NCBI GenBank assembly: GCA_965644295.1
Contig: CBFFRP010000370.1
Coordinates: 1-64,000, forward strand
Direction: 5' to 3'
DNA: 64,000 bases
DNA from: Paraphysomonas bandaiensis
Lineage: Eukaryota > Protista > Chrysophyceae
This document shows, piece after piece, positions 53,101-62,832 of this stretch. The translations under genes were made by a program, and so were the position numbers. A model generated the notes under the pieces. That model searched no databases. It had not been told where the DNA came from and saw nothing but the letters and a program-made list of their open reading frames with translations. How positions within the stretch are numbered: position 1 is the stretch's first letter; each line of letters begins with the position of its first letter.

Positions 53101-53333
53101 GTGTAGAACGTCCAATAGGATTTCTCAGTAAAACATTCGATGAAAGAATGATGAATTGGGATACACCTCAGAAAGAAGGATATGCTATATACTATGCCTT
53201 AGATAAATGGGACTACCTATTAAGGTATAGATACTTTACGATCAAAACAGATCATAAAAATATTACTCAGTTGAGAACTGATTACGCTAAGGATAAGAAA
53301 GTTCAGCGATGGTTGAAATGTTTCCAAGCATAG
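50118..53333 (+). CDS. Gypsy gag-protease-RT-RNase H polyprotein, cut by an in-frame TAG
   Basis: CWICGNLHKGDC knuckle, LLDTGA protease, WRFCVDY / LDLVSGYYQ / YLDD RT and TDASDYGIGA RNase H. The frame continues past TAG (DYDLCDIKGSDNVVADAFSR) into the integrase. Confidence 0.93.
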   Translation: MQSSPQTETSVEAEGELSGVSFRELSSSQPKRKKQRSGDPHPNRSERIDLNEVIATESTPHEVINTDSIPYLGSVQDEDIIEFCENLSKRDPKGTKFIRSEIMAPTVRDMLQFQRQQDFGDESDEDWLDPNIVTTEELIQWLKQAFLEEEERYSDTLEPLPRFIDNIIGPKVKVDIHVPKVFLKEYGRLNELYKLIPEASLTEVASDTIVKTLKKNIKLVGGHSFRKDAKEKFIADIGQGQSAPKDFGAFCRKVRELNNDYSQAVRKVKRMETKLDSKETSKSNKSKTTKTSSSSSSSSTKATTDTKEACWICGNLHKGDCTRKTCAWANHEKKPWKDSTQGKKYAAMGWSTCPYVENPDGPPRSRTSKLSCPKCLYINAIDMNNDMLDVFVCPKADVNVQQVKENLRAKALLDTGATGNNFINQELADMLVARYNIPLHECNIKICSALDNACCSSKQYMIITIRLTDEYNNTLDIELQCLIIDSTFDIIIGRETIKKYRLVDHFPSHFMERELAGKMLATAAGHAEKTQLLSEHISERATCYNNMETLRRQAKEHLSYNNNLLTSNSLVSTMYSPPISSMRISAYEKEDIGEIRDNYLESIPEEIVTNTQEKVEGTTLPTKISGPESLQRRVREIHEIYKDRFKTTVSEMPMDVPPFELEVDRDAWEQPKHCGPPRKMDRVRQYACKKQIDTFVEHGIIQPSTAPYYSQVLLVPKPNDKWRFCVDYKGLNKHTQRERWPIPNIKEMLERIGSKKPKYFIILDLVSGYYQAKISEYSRKWTAFITFWGVFEWLRLPMGLSGAPSYFQRVLTTIVLAGLIMFICELYLDDLIIYASTEDELIENYVKVLERFRKYNVYINPEKVKIGESEVQYVGHTLNEEGLHFTRERLDSVLNFPKPETMKGLKSFLGLANYFRDHVHNHSLVVRPLNKMLLNYHRRKRLQWTEDANEAFEKIKLMIHECPTLFFIDDESPIYLLTDASDYGIGAYLYQVVDGVERPIGFLSKTFDERMMNWDTPQKEGYAIYYALDKWDYLLRYRYFTIKTDHKNITQLRTDYAKDKKVQRWLKCFQA

Positions 53334-53414
53334 GATTATGATCTATGTGATATTAAAGGATCTGATAATGTTGTTGCTGATGCATTTAGTAGACTATGTG
53401 CATTAGAATCTAAA

Positions 53415-54806
53415 ATGGAAACAAAATGTGCTTCCCTAATTCCCGATATTAAAGTTCCAAACAAGGAATGGGAAATTATTAAAAGATTTCATAACAATGT
53501 TACAGGTCATCATGGTATTGATCGTACAATACAAAAATTACGAGACAATGGTCATAAATGGTCAAAGCAAGGGGCACATGTGACAAAATTTATTAAAACT
53601 TGTCCTTGTTGTCAAAAGATGAGTAGAATTAAACCTATAATTAATGCTCATCCCTTTACTGTCTCAACATATGGCCCGATGCAAAGAATAGCAGTGGATT
53701 TTATTCAGAGTCTGCATCCAGATGAGGATGGATACACTAATATATTAGTGATTATCGATTCTTTTTCTAGGTGGGTAGAATTAATCCCTACTAAGAATCT
53801 CACTGCCATGGCGGCGGCAAAGGGATTGCTTCAACACCTGGGTAGATATGGAGCACCTATTGAGATTCATTCGGATCTTGGACCAGCATTTGTGGATGAT
53901 TTAACAAAATCATTGATAGAAATGGTTGGAAGTAATCAATCATTTTCGATGGCGTATTCTAAAGAAGAAAATGCTATAGTTGAACGTGCTAATAAAGAAA
54001 TTTTAAGGCACTTAAGGAATATTATATTTGATAAAAATGTACTAAATAATTGGTCAATGTATCTACCTTTAGTACAAAGAATTATGAATTCTTCTAAACA
54101 TAGAAGCACCGGCGTTACTCCCGCTAGTATTCTATTTGGGAATGCAGTAGATTTAGATAAAAGTTTATTCATTGAACACAATGAGTACTTGGACGGGAAT
54201 GAACAAAAGCTATCACATTGGATAGATAGAATACAAAAGGTTCAGTCCACTATTATGGATATTGCAAGACGAAATCTTCGCAAACATGATGAAATCCACA
54301 TGGCAACTGCACCAAATATACAAACAAAAGAATTTCCAATAAATTCTTATGTGTTAGTTGAGCATAGACAAAATGCTTTACGTCCTGGACCGGCAAGTAA
54401 GTTATTACCATACCTTAAAGGTCCAATGCGAGTAGTCAATGTTATTGGAGATAAATATACTCTTCAAGATATTGTTACTAAACGTAATAAAGACTATCAT
54501 ATAAAGAAATTAAGGGAATTTAATTACGATCCCTCTACTATTGACCCCTTACAAGTGGCATGTAAAGATGGTGGAAACTTTTATGCTATTGACCATATTT
54601 CAAAAATAAAAGGTCGAGCTAAAGGTCCGAAAAGTCAAATAAAATTTCTAGTACATTGGATAGGGTATGAAAAACCTACATGGGAACCATGGGCTAACGT
54701 TAGAAAAACGTATGCTCTACAAAATTTCCTAACTCAACATCCTGATGAAAATGTAAGAAATTTACTACCTCGAAATGTTGTTTATTCTTCTGATGAAGAA
54801 GATTAA
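53415..54806 (+). CDS. Gypsy integrase with C-terminal chromodomain (same frame as the polyprotein)
   Basis: HHCC (FHNNVTGHHG..CPCC), DDE (AVDF, HSDLG, VERAN), GPM motif and FLVHWIGYEKPTWEP chromodomain. Confidence 0.93.
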   Translation: METKCASLIPDIKVPNKEWEIIKRFHNNVTGHHGIDRTIQKLRDNGHKWSKQGAHVTKFIKTCPCCQKMSRIKPIINAHPFTVSTYGPMQRIAVDFIQSLHPDEDGYTNILVIIDSFSRWVELIPTKNLTAMAAAKGLLQHLGRYGAPIEIHSDLGPAFVDDLTKSLIEMVGSNQSFSMAYSKEENAIVERANKEILRHLRNIIFDKNVLNNWSMYLPLVQRIMNSSKHRSTGVTPASILFGNAVDLDKSLFIEHNEYLDGNEQKLSHWIDRIQKVQSTIMDIARRNLRKHDEIHMATAPNIQTKEFPINSYVLVEHRQNALRPGPASKLLPYLKGPMRVVNVIGDKYTLQDIVTKRNKDYHIKKLREFNYDPSTIDPLQVACKDGGNFYAIDHISKIKGRAKGPKSQIKFLVHWIGYEKPTWEPWANVRKTYALQNFLTQHPDENVRNLLPRNVVYSSDEED

Positions 54807-55079
54807 TAACAAAGTTTACAGAATTGAGTGTCAATATAACACATTAACACATCAATTATAAGGGGAGGTAGTGTAGGACTATCCACTTACATATAGAATA
54901 TAATATATACGTGTACATGTCCTGTATTATATGATTAGTAGTACAGTACTGTATTGTATACGTGTACCATGTAGTTAGGAATACAAACTGTAGGGAATGT
55001 GATTGTTGTTGGGATTAGCAATAGCCGTTGATATTGTAGACAGTATAATTAGCCGTTGATATTGTAGACAGTATTATTC

Positions 55080-56675
55080 ATGATTCATTATACGATAATA
55101 ATCATTATTTTGTACTTCTGTACTTGGGTATTGCTTTGCACACATACACATATGTATGCAAGCCCACAATATATTCTGCTGCTGGTTCCTGATGATAAAG
55201 GTGAAAAAGCAATTTTGGTCCGAAGGAAAGATCACAGCGACGAAACTCAAGTGAAGGGAATGAGACGACTTGCTTATATTGAAGAGGTATTTGACATTAT
55301 TCGGTATTGCCATGTTGAAGAGGGAGGTCATACTGGACCTAGGGGAACCCACGAGGCTGTCGGCAGAAAGTATTCAAATATTTCTAGAGTTTTGTGTGAA
55401 ATATTCTGCAAGTTGTGTACATGCGTTACTCAGAAGAAAATGTGTGCGAAACCGCAGGATCTGAAGCCTATAATTACTTCTTCGTACAATCAACGTGCCC
55501 AAGTTGACCTAATTGACATGCAAAGTCTTACATACGAAGGATACAAATGGATATTGAATTACCAAGATCATCTCACAAAGTTTTGTTTACTGAGGCCTCT
55601 TAAATCAAAAGAAGCAGTACTTGTAGCAGATACTCTATACGATATCTTTATGACTTTCGGTGCACCTATGATACTCCAGTCAGATAATGGTCGAGAGTTT
55701 GTCAATAAAGTTATAAAGGAACTGAAAGAAATCTGGCCTGCATTAGTTCTTGTTAATGGAAGGCCTCGGCATCCACAATCACAGGGTAGTGTGGAGCGCT
55801 CCAACCAGGATGTGAAAAAGCTAGTTCACAATTGGATGAGAGATAACAATTCCCAAGACTGGCCTCGTAGAGGACTATCTAAAGTACAGTTCCAAAAAAA
55901 CAACAGATATCACTCCGGAATAAAATCTACTCCTTACATGCTGCTGTTTGGACAACATCCTAGAAGAGGTCTTAGTGACCTACCATTCTCAGAAACGTTT
56001 CTAGCCAAAATCCAAACAGAAGAGGATCTAGAAGAGCTTGTAGCTAAGACACCTATGAATAATGTTATCGAGGGCCATGAACCAGAGGAATGTACAGTTG
56101 AGGCTTCAGCAAATGAGTCTGTTGCAGTATTGGTAAATGAGCACGGTGATACCCCATCAAGAGGGGCGAAACGTAAAGCAGCGAGTGCCGCACTAGCTGA
56201 ACAAGGCGAAAGGATGAAAAGATTTTCCACATCTGGCACTCCAACCGATGAGGCGGAACTCCTACAGGTGGGTAGTGTTGTTTTAGTCAAACCACATCAG
56301 GTGGACCGAGGACAAGTTGATGCAATCAGGTTTCCAGCTGTTGTTGTTGAGGTTACCTCCAATGAATTACTTCGTCTGTACGCTCCCGGTGGGGTTCTAA
56401 ACTCGTGTTATAACCGATCTGATCTGATTCACGAGCCGAATAAGACCCCTGCTTCATACCAACGTCATCTTGGAAACTATGAGAACTGGAGAAATTCGAA
56501 GACTATATCAGAGAGAGAAGCTGCAACTATGTTTTCTCCATCCCTCGGACAGGGGTTTAGTAAATGTAGTTGCAAGGGTAAGTGCAATAGTAATAAATGT
56601 GTGTGCAAGAAGAATGGATTTCTCTGTAACTCTAGGTGCCACAAAAGCAATTTGCTTGCGTGTTGTAACAAGTAG
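55080..56675 (+). CDS. 3' part of Ginger copy 2 transposase, in frame with ATGs in the Gypsy 3' LTR
   Basis: Matches the copy 1 protein from YILLLVPDD onward except H/R at YC[H/R]V; the first ~30 codons are LTR-derived. Confidence 0.75.
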   Translation: MIHYTIIIIILYFCTWVLLCTHTHMYASPQYILLLVPDDKGEKAILVRRKDHSDETQVKGMRRLAYIEEVFDIIRYCHVEEGGHTGPRGTHEAVGRKYSNISRVLCEIFCKLCTCVTQKKMCAKPQDLKPIITSSYNQRAQVDLIDMQSLTYEGYKWILNYQDHLTKFCLLRPLKSKEAVLVADTLYDIFMTFGAPMILQSDNGREFVNKVIKELKEIWPALVLVNGRPRHPQSQGSVERSNQDVKKLVHNWMRDNNSQDWPRRGLSKVQFQKNNRYHSGIKSTPYMLLFGQHPRRGLSDLPFSETFLAKIQTEEDLEELVAKTPMNNVIEGHEPEECTVEASANESVAVLVNEHGDTPSRGAKRKAASAALAEQGERMKRFSTSGTPTDEAELLQVGSVVLVKPHQVDRGQVDAIRFPAVVVEVTSNELLRLYAPGGVLNSCYNRSDLIHEPNKTPASYQRHLGNYENWRNSKTISEREAATMFSPSLGQGFSKCSCKGKCNSNKCVCKKNGFLCNSRCHKSNLLACCNK

Positions 56676-57792
56676 TTGGTGCCATAGTAAACTACAAACT
56701 ACTAATTAACCGAGTAGAATACAACCTTAACAAGTAACATGCATCTTATTTGCTACTGGTAGCATGAATCTTATTAGCAAGTAGTGATAAGCATCATCAG
56801 TACTTTAGCTCTAAGTACTTTAGTCGCTATTTACCTTAACATTGTGCCCACTGTCTGCAGATGATGATGATGATGTATGTCCTGCAGATGATATAAGTAA
56901 TGAATAGAGTGTAAAAGGCCTATCACATAATAGTCATATTATTGAGTAGATCTTGATTCATAGAGCCGATATTCATAATAATACTATCCTTTCAAACATG
57001 GAATATGTAAAACCACAAGCATATACAATACAGAGCTCATAGTATAAAATAACCCGATAGCTGGTTGCTACAAGTAACATGAATATTATTTGCTACTAGT
57101 GATATTACAGACCCCAACCACCAATGGGACCTACATCAATACATCCTCAGGCGAGACAGCACGTACGCTACACAAACGCAGCGAGACCCGCAGTATTGGA
57201 CCCGCAGTGGAACGAGGCTCCCACGCAAACTCCATCGAATCCACACCCATAACTCCCCTAACACTACATCTCTTTCCCAGACCGCATACGCGAAACGGTA
57301 TGCGTCTGGAACAAATCCTATGTAATGGGAAGAAATCGATCCAAAGGCAAAACCAGGAAAGACCAGACAAGAGCTGCCGCATGAACAGACTGTAGAATCA
57401 CCAATCAGAGAATATGGCAAACCAAGTTAGTAAGACTATAGATATATACATAGATTCTAGTCACAACCGTTCCCATGTAAAAATAAGATATTCTTATGTC
57501 TTATCCATGCTCTCATGAAGAAGGAAGTAGCACTGAAGAGGGATACAGATATCTATCCTGATACTGAAGGCTGGTATGTTGGAATAGCATCTTGTGGGCT
57601 AATAATCAGGAGCTCTTATGATTATAGTTATGAGATGCTGTCTGATGATATCATACGCTGGGAATCCGAGTGGACTTGCTGTATACTTGACTGTATTTCC
57701 CGTATATCGTTTCCTTTCAACATCATCAAACCAGTCGATGAACTGGCAGGTGCCAGTTCATCGACTGGTTTATTTTTCTCACGGGTCGTAAC

Positions 57793-57793
<1 letters not shown>

Positions 57794-57823
<30 letters not shown>

Positions 57824-58223
57824 TGTATGTATGTATGTATGTATGTATGTATGTATGTATGTATGTATGTATGTATGTATGTATGTATGTATGTATGTAT
57901 GTATGTATGTATGTATGTATGTATGTATGTATGTATGTATGTATGTATGTATGTATGTATGTATGTATGTATGTATGTATGTATGTATGTATGTATGTAT
58001 GTATGTATGTATGTATGTATGTATGTATGTATGTATGTATGTATGTATGTATGTATGTATGTATGTATGTATGTATGTATGTATGTATGTATGTATGTAT
58101 GTATGTATGTATGTATGTATGTATGTATGTATGTATGTATGTATGTATGTATGTATGTATGTATGTATGTATGTATGTATGTATGTATGTATGTATGTAT
58201 GTATGTATGTATGTATGTATGTA
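57794..58223. repeat. (TATG)n microsatellite, right part of the split tract
   Basis: ~430-bp perfect run ending ~60 bp before ATG 58286. Confidence 0.99.
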
Positions 58224-58285
58224 CCGCATAACTATCAGCCAGCAACCACAAGGAGCGACATCACTTAGTTATCACTGTATTTAAG

Positions 58286-59511
58286 ATGAGTGATATCGAT
58301 GATATCAATGCAGCAATAGACCGTGTTGAGACTGAATTAAACCAAATTAATGAACAGATTCGAAGCGTGGAATCTTCTGAAGTCGAAGCATTAGCCGACG
58401 ATGACAAACAATTTTGGAGGCGTAAACTTGAAGATTTATGCGAAGAGAAGAAGCAACTGCTCGAAGAGAAGAAGCAGCTGCGTCGAAAGGAGGAGCAGCT
58501 GCGCGAGGAGAGGATGTTGAGGGGTGAATTTGAACTGCGATCGACTTCAGGTAACTGAATTTTGAGTTTGTGTTCTGCTGCTGATGGCTCGTTCTTGTTT
58601 TAATTTCGATTGATGTTTGTTCATTTTGTTTTCCTGTAGGGTCAACACTGTCAGTGACTGAATTAGTAGCTCTGGCTTGCAAATTGAATGTTGCAGACGT
58701 GAATCCTAATGCGGTTTCTCGTATGGTTAGGAAGTTTGGACGGAGCGTGGACATAGCTATCAGAACTAATGATTCAGAACTCCTTGCAGGTGCCTACGAA
58801 GACGCTTTGAAGTTGCCTTCTGTTCAAACCACTGTAGAGCTGGAAAGGAATGGATTTGTTCTTGATGGAGTGTCGATCAATAGCAACGATAATTTGCAGA
58901 TTTGTTTCAAGCGCTCTGTTCCTTATGTTTTGAAGATATGCTCACCTCAGGAATACGAGCGCGCCAAGAACTTTGAGAATTCTTTGAAAGGCCAGCCGCC
59001 CTGTCAGTGGATCATTTCGTTTGAGCTTTATGAACGACAGCTCAAATTCTTCATGCTTATGCCTCTGCATCCTGTCACCCTCGAGCACCTTCCTTTTTTA
59101 GATTTGATCTCAGCACCCATGTTTTGGACTTGTCTTTCTGGTGCACTAGACTTCCTGCATCAGAATGGCTATGCTCACGATGATGTGAAGCCTCCGAATA
59201 TCCTCATCAACACATGCGGTGAGTTTATTCTGGCGGGTTTGGGTAGTTTGGTGCTGTTCAACTCACGCAGTGCTTCTACTCGGGCCTATATTCCATGGGA
59301 GTTGTGGGATCACGGGAATAGCAGACGTCCTGTTGCATCTATTAATGCAGACTTTTGGATGCTGGCAATGACCATCTTCGAGAAGGTGTGTGGAGGTAAC
59401 ATCAGTAGTGCTGAATCTCCTAAGCAATCAACAATAATTGGAGCAATTAAGGCCAACTCAATATGTGATGATTTTTGTCACGTGTTGCTTGATCGTCTTG
59501 GGATAGTGTAA
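58286..59511 (+). CDS. Coiled-coil header plus protein kinase-like domain (Crinkler-like architecture)
   Basis: Exon 1 58286-58550 (EEKKQL repeats) and intron 58551-58639 (GT..AG) join in frame to the kinase: YVLK, HDDVKPPNIL, DFWMLA. The DFG position reads GLG. Confidence 0.8.
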
Positions 59512-60310
59512 GTGTAAATAAGTTATGTATATGTGCGATCTTCTTGATTGTAAATAAGATTTAAGGCCGTGATTGTCTGTGATCATCCCAGAGAATGCAC
59601 TGTAGTCATTGTCATCGTTTGGCCCCTCATCGTCATAGTCTTCCAGTCTTAAGTTCGAATCCCGATGACTGTTTCTTGGGTGTCTTGATGATGTGTTCTT
59701 GGAGTGATGCCCTTTCCCTCTTTTGTCGTCGTTTCGTTTGTTTGTGGACTTCTGCATCTGTTGTATGTGTTCCCACGAGTGCTTGCACTCTGCTGCAATG
59801 TGGTTGGATCCATTGCATCTGAAACACTTAACTTCGCGCGACTTTGCACTTGTAGCTCTGCTGGACTTGTTGAATTTCTTGTGTATTGTTGGATTTCGCT
59901 GCCCGTTGTGCTTTTGCTTTTTCGATAGACGGGGGTTAAACGGCTGTTTGCCTGTTGAGCTGTAGTTTGCGCTATCCCGTTTAGTTTCTGTATTTTGTGA
60001 TAGTAGGGAGCCTACAGTGGAATGCTCGAATGCTCTCAATCTTCTTATCAGCGTTTTATAATAATCAATTGGGTTCATTTGGAGGTTGATTGCCAGGTCC
60101 TTATAGGTCTGGTTCTCATTTGAGACCATCCCTTGTCGTATTCTTGAAATGAGGTCTTACAAATACTGTCTTGGGCTTACGAAAGAACCAGACTCTACTT
60201 TTCGTCTGCCATTTTGAGAAGTTCTTGGCGTCGAAGGGTGGCATGGAATCCTTCCTCTTGTCCGATGAGTCGGAGTCGGAGTTATCGTAACTGTTGGTCT
60301 TAGAACTCAT
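59458..60310 (-). mobile_element. Truncated copia-like gag remnant
   Basis: MPPFDAKNFSKWQ (copia gag N-terminus), a frameshift near 60120 and the CCHC knuckle CFRCNGSNHIAAEC; no pol follows. Confidence 0.7.
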
Positions 60311-61403
60311 CCGCTGCCAAAATAAGATTTAAGGTTAGTCTTGATATTTAGTAAGGATATACTTGATATTATTAGAGATAAAGATTGAACGATAAGGCCT
60401 AATAGTATAATAGCAAGACACGTTTGAGCAGAGCGTTAGCACCACACATGTGCGTATCTTGTACAGTCGCGTATCATGTATAGTTTGGTAATTATTCAGT
60501 CTACTTGGTATTTCATTGTATACGTGTGTTGTATTCACGCGTTAAGAGATATACGTGAATCAATAACTCCTAATAATTGTGAGTGCGAAAAATATATAAG
60601 ATAACTTATTATTTAAAGTATAGTACTATTTATATTATATGTTTAAACACCTAGAGTAAGTTAATATACATGGTAGCGCTTGCTCGGCCTCACATACAAA
60701 AATACGCCGAGATTTAGTGAAAACGCACAATTTGAATAATAACCTTTTGACATACGATCACATTTAATTGTTAAATTATATGCAAAATATCAATTTCAAA
60801 TATTGCAGTCATTAACGTAATATTAATGCTTCGAGCTTGTTAAGCGGTGGAAGTTCGAAGTCCTCCTCTCTTGGTGGCCGTTCAAGTACGACCTCACTCT
60901 GCTTCTTACGCATCACGAAAGTCTCATTGATCAACATTGTTCTCGTCGAACCATGGCACATCGACTCTATCCTCCTTCTCTCCTCGCATCCGCTACGATA
61001 TTGACTATTGGTCATATTCACAACTAAGACAGTTAAGAGAAGTTTATTGTAATCAAACTAGATAAGCTCTTTTATTATATTGCATACACAATTGTGTGTG
61101 TTGTCAACAACATGATAATTTAATTCGTTCATGGCAACCACTGCTCAACTTCCATGATACAATACTTCAGTTTCACAGTTATAGCTATATAGTACTTTGA
61201 CTACGTATTGCTGTTTTTCATATTGTATTTAACGTATTATACAGTAGTAACTTAGAGAACCATACGTATTCCAACATGTTTACACAAGAACGCGCTCTCG
61301 AAATGGGGCATAATGTACATACCCTTTTGAATATAAGCTCTCTTAGTGAGAATGCACAATTTCAATAATAACCTTTTGACATACGATCACATTTAATTGT
61401 TAA

Positions 61404-61697
61404 TATTGATAATTGCTCATTTTAAGCTAGATCACAGAGAGAATTTGTCGTAAGACTAGATAGATTTATTAATATCGTTTACACGAAGTTGTGATAACCA
61501 ACACTAACTCATTATAATCCCTGCATAATATCCTACATATGCGAACCTCTCGTTACTGAACATATCTTGAAAGATCAAACTATTTCAGTTTCTTAATATC
61601 ATCACAGCATTTGTACATCACTATATTTCACTGTATTCTCGTACATTGTCTTCAAGTGACATACTGAATATACTAGAATAAGATCCATATTCTAATA
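61404..61697. mobile_element. 294-bp solo-LTR-like insertion with 5-bp TSD GTTAA
   Basis: Interrupts the second copy of a ~100-bp duplicated segment whose empty site is at 60725-60824. Termini TATTGA...TCTAATA. Confidence 0.55.
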
Positions 61698-61763
61698 GTT
61701 AAATAATATGCAAAATATCAATTTCAGATATTGCAGTCATTAACGTAATATTACAATTCTTTT

Positions 61764-62368
61764 TTATTTGCAGCGGTTGTATGTGGTAGTCATGACTGGA
61801 CGGTCTTCGACTTGAGGAACCCGCTTCCCATTTACACATACGTAAGTTAAAACTTCTTTTGTCGCATATTTAGCGGTTTTGGAATTAGGATTATTAGCAA
61901 GTGCCATTGCGTTTATATTACGCTCTTTCATGCGCTGCATAGCATGTTCAGTCACATGTATTCCCTTCAGTCCAAGAGCGTACACCCCTTTGCTGTGACT
62001 ATAAGTACCATAGTTACCGTTATAAGAACAAACTGCATGCACATACTCTCTTTCGAATTTGAATTCTTGTATTTCTCGATCTCTTTCGATGTCATTTATT
62101 TCTGGGTCACGGTATTCATTTTCTAATTCCAGTTGTTCATTCCATTCTTTACATCGCTCTGCAAATATTCGATTACGATACTGCTTATCCAAATCTTTAT
62201 ACTGCTGTTCATATTCACGTTGTTTCTGTAATCGAGCCTTTTCTTTTTCCTGTTATTGAATTCAATGAAAGTCAACATGAACATTGATGTGTTTACCTCG
62301 GCTGTCTGAGGTCTGGAAGCTGCTAGCTTCTTGAAAAACTCTTTCCTGTGAGACTTGTTTCGTTGCAT
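61764..62368 (-). pseudogene. Frameshifted ORF with C-terminal DUF4258-like motif
   Basis: ORFs 62123-62407 and 61764-62192 join across a frameshift in an A-rich run. Motif HVTEHAMQRMKERNI...VMTTTY. Confidence 0.45.
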
Positions 62369-62832
62369 TGTATGTGTATGTGTATGTGTATGCGTATTAT
62401 CAGCCAAATGCTGATACTATATCTACATTGGCCACACTGGTCCAGTTTTTGGCCGGCCTGTATACCGGTATACTGCTGTATGCAGATATTCCGGGATATG
62501 GATATTGGCAGAAAAAAATCTCTGTTTTGTCTTCTTGGAATTCCAGCATTTGCACCTGACAAAAAAAAATGTTTTTTTTGTGGTACCCTCCAGCTGTACA
62601 TCTGTATATATGTATATATATACGGCATGTATACTTGTATAGTTGGGTGCATAGTTCAGAGTTGTCTACCTCCACCTCCATATGATACTATAGTATAGGA
62701 GTACAGCAGTAGTGGAGGTGTGTAGGGTGTATGCATGTGCTGTTGTATGCATACACAACACTCATATATATATACATATAACTCAACTAACCTCACATCT
62801 CACATATAAGTTGCTTCATAAACACTCTTATA

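Larger units (their letters stand above)
49628..55168 (+). mobile_element. Full-length Ty3/Gypsy chromovirus-type LTR retrotransposon
   Basis: 297-bp LTRs at 49628-49924 and 54872-55168 (TG..CA, identical by eye), TSD ATAT, PPT AAGGGGAGGTAG, domain order gag-PR-RT-RH-IN-chromo. Confidence 0.96.
49127..57793 (+). mobile_element. Ginger-type TIR DNA transposon, copy 2, interrupted by a Gypsy element
   Basis: Same TIRs and nearly identical sequence to copy 1; TATG on both flanks; transposase split into 49355-49627 and 55169-56675. Confidence 0.9.

Noticed and set aside
53331-53333. Stop-codon reassignment suggested by the in-frame TAG in pol
   Set aside because: Host genes in the window (both carriers, YIPF6) end in TAG at the expected places.
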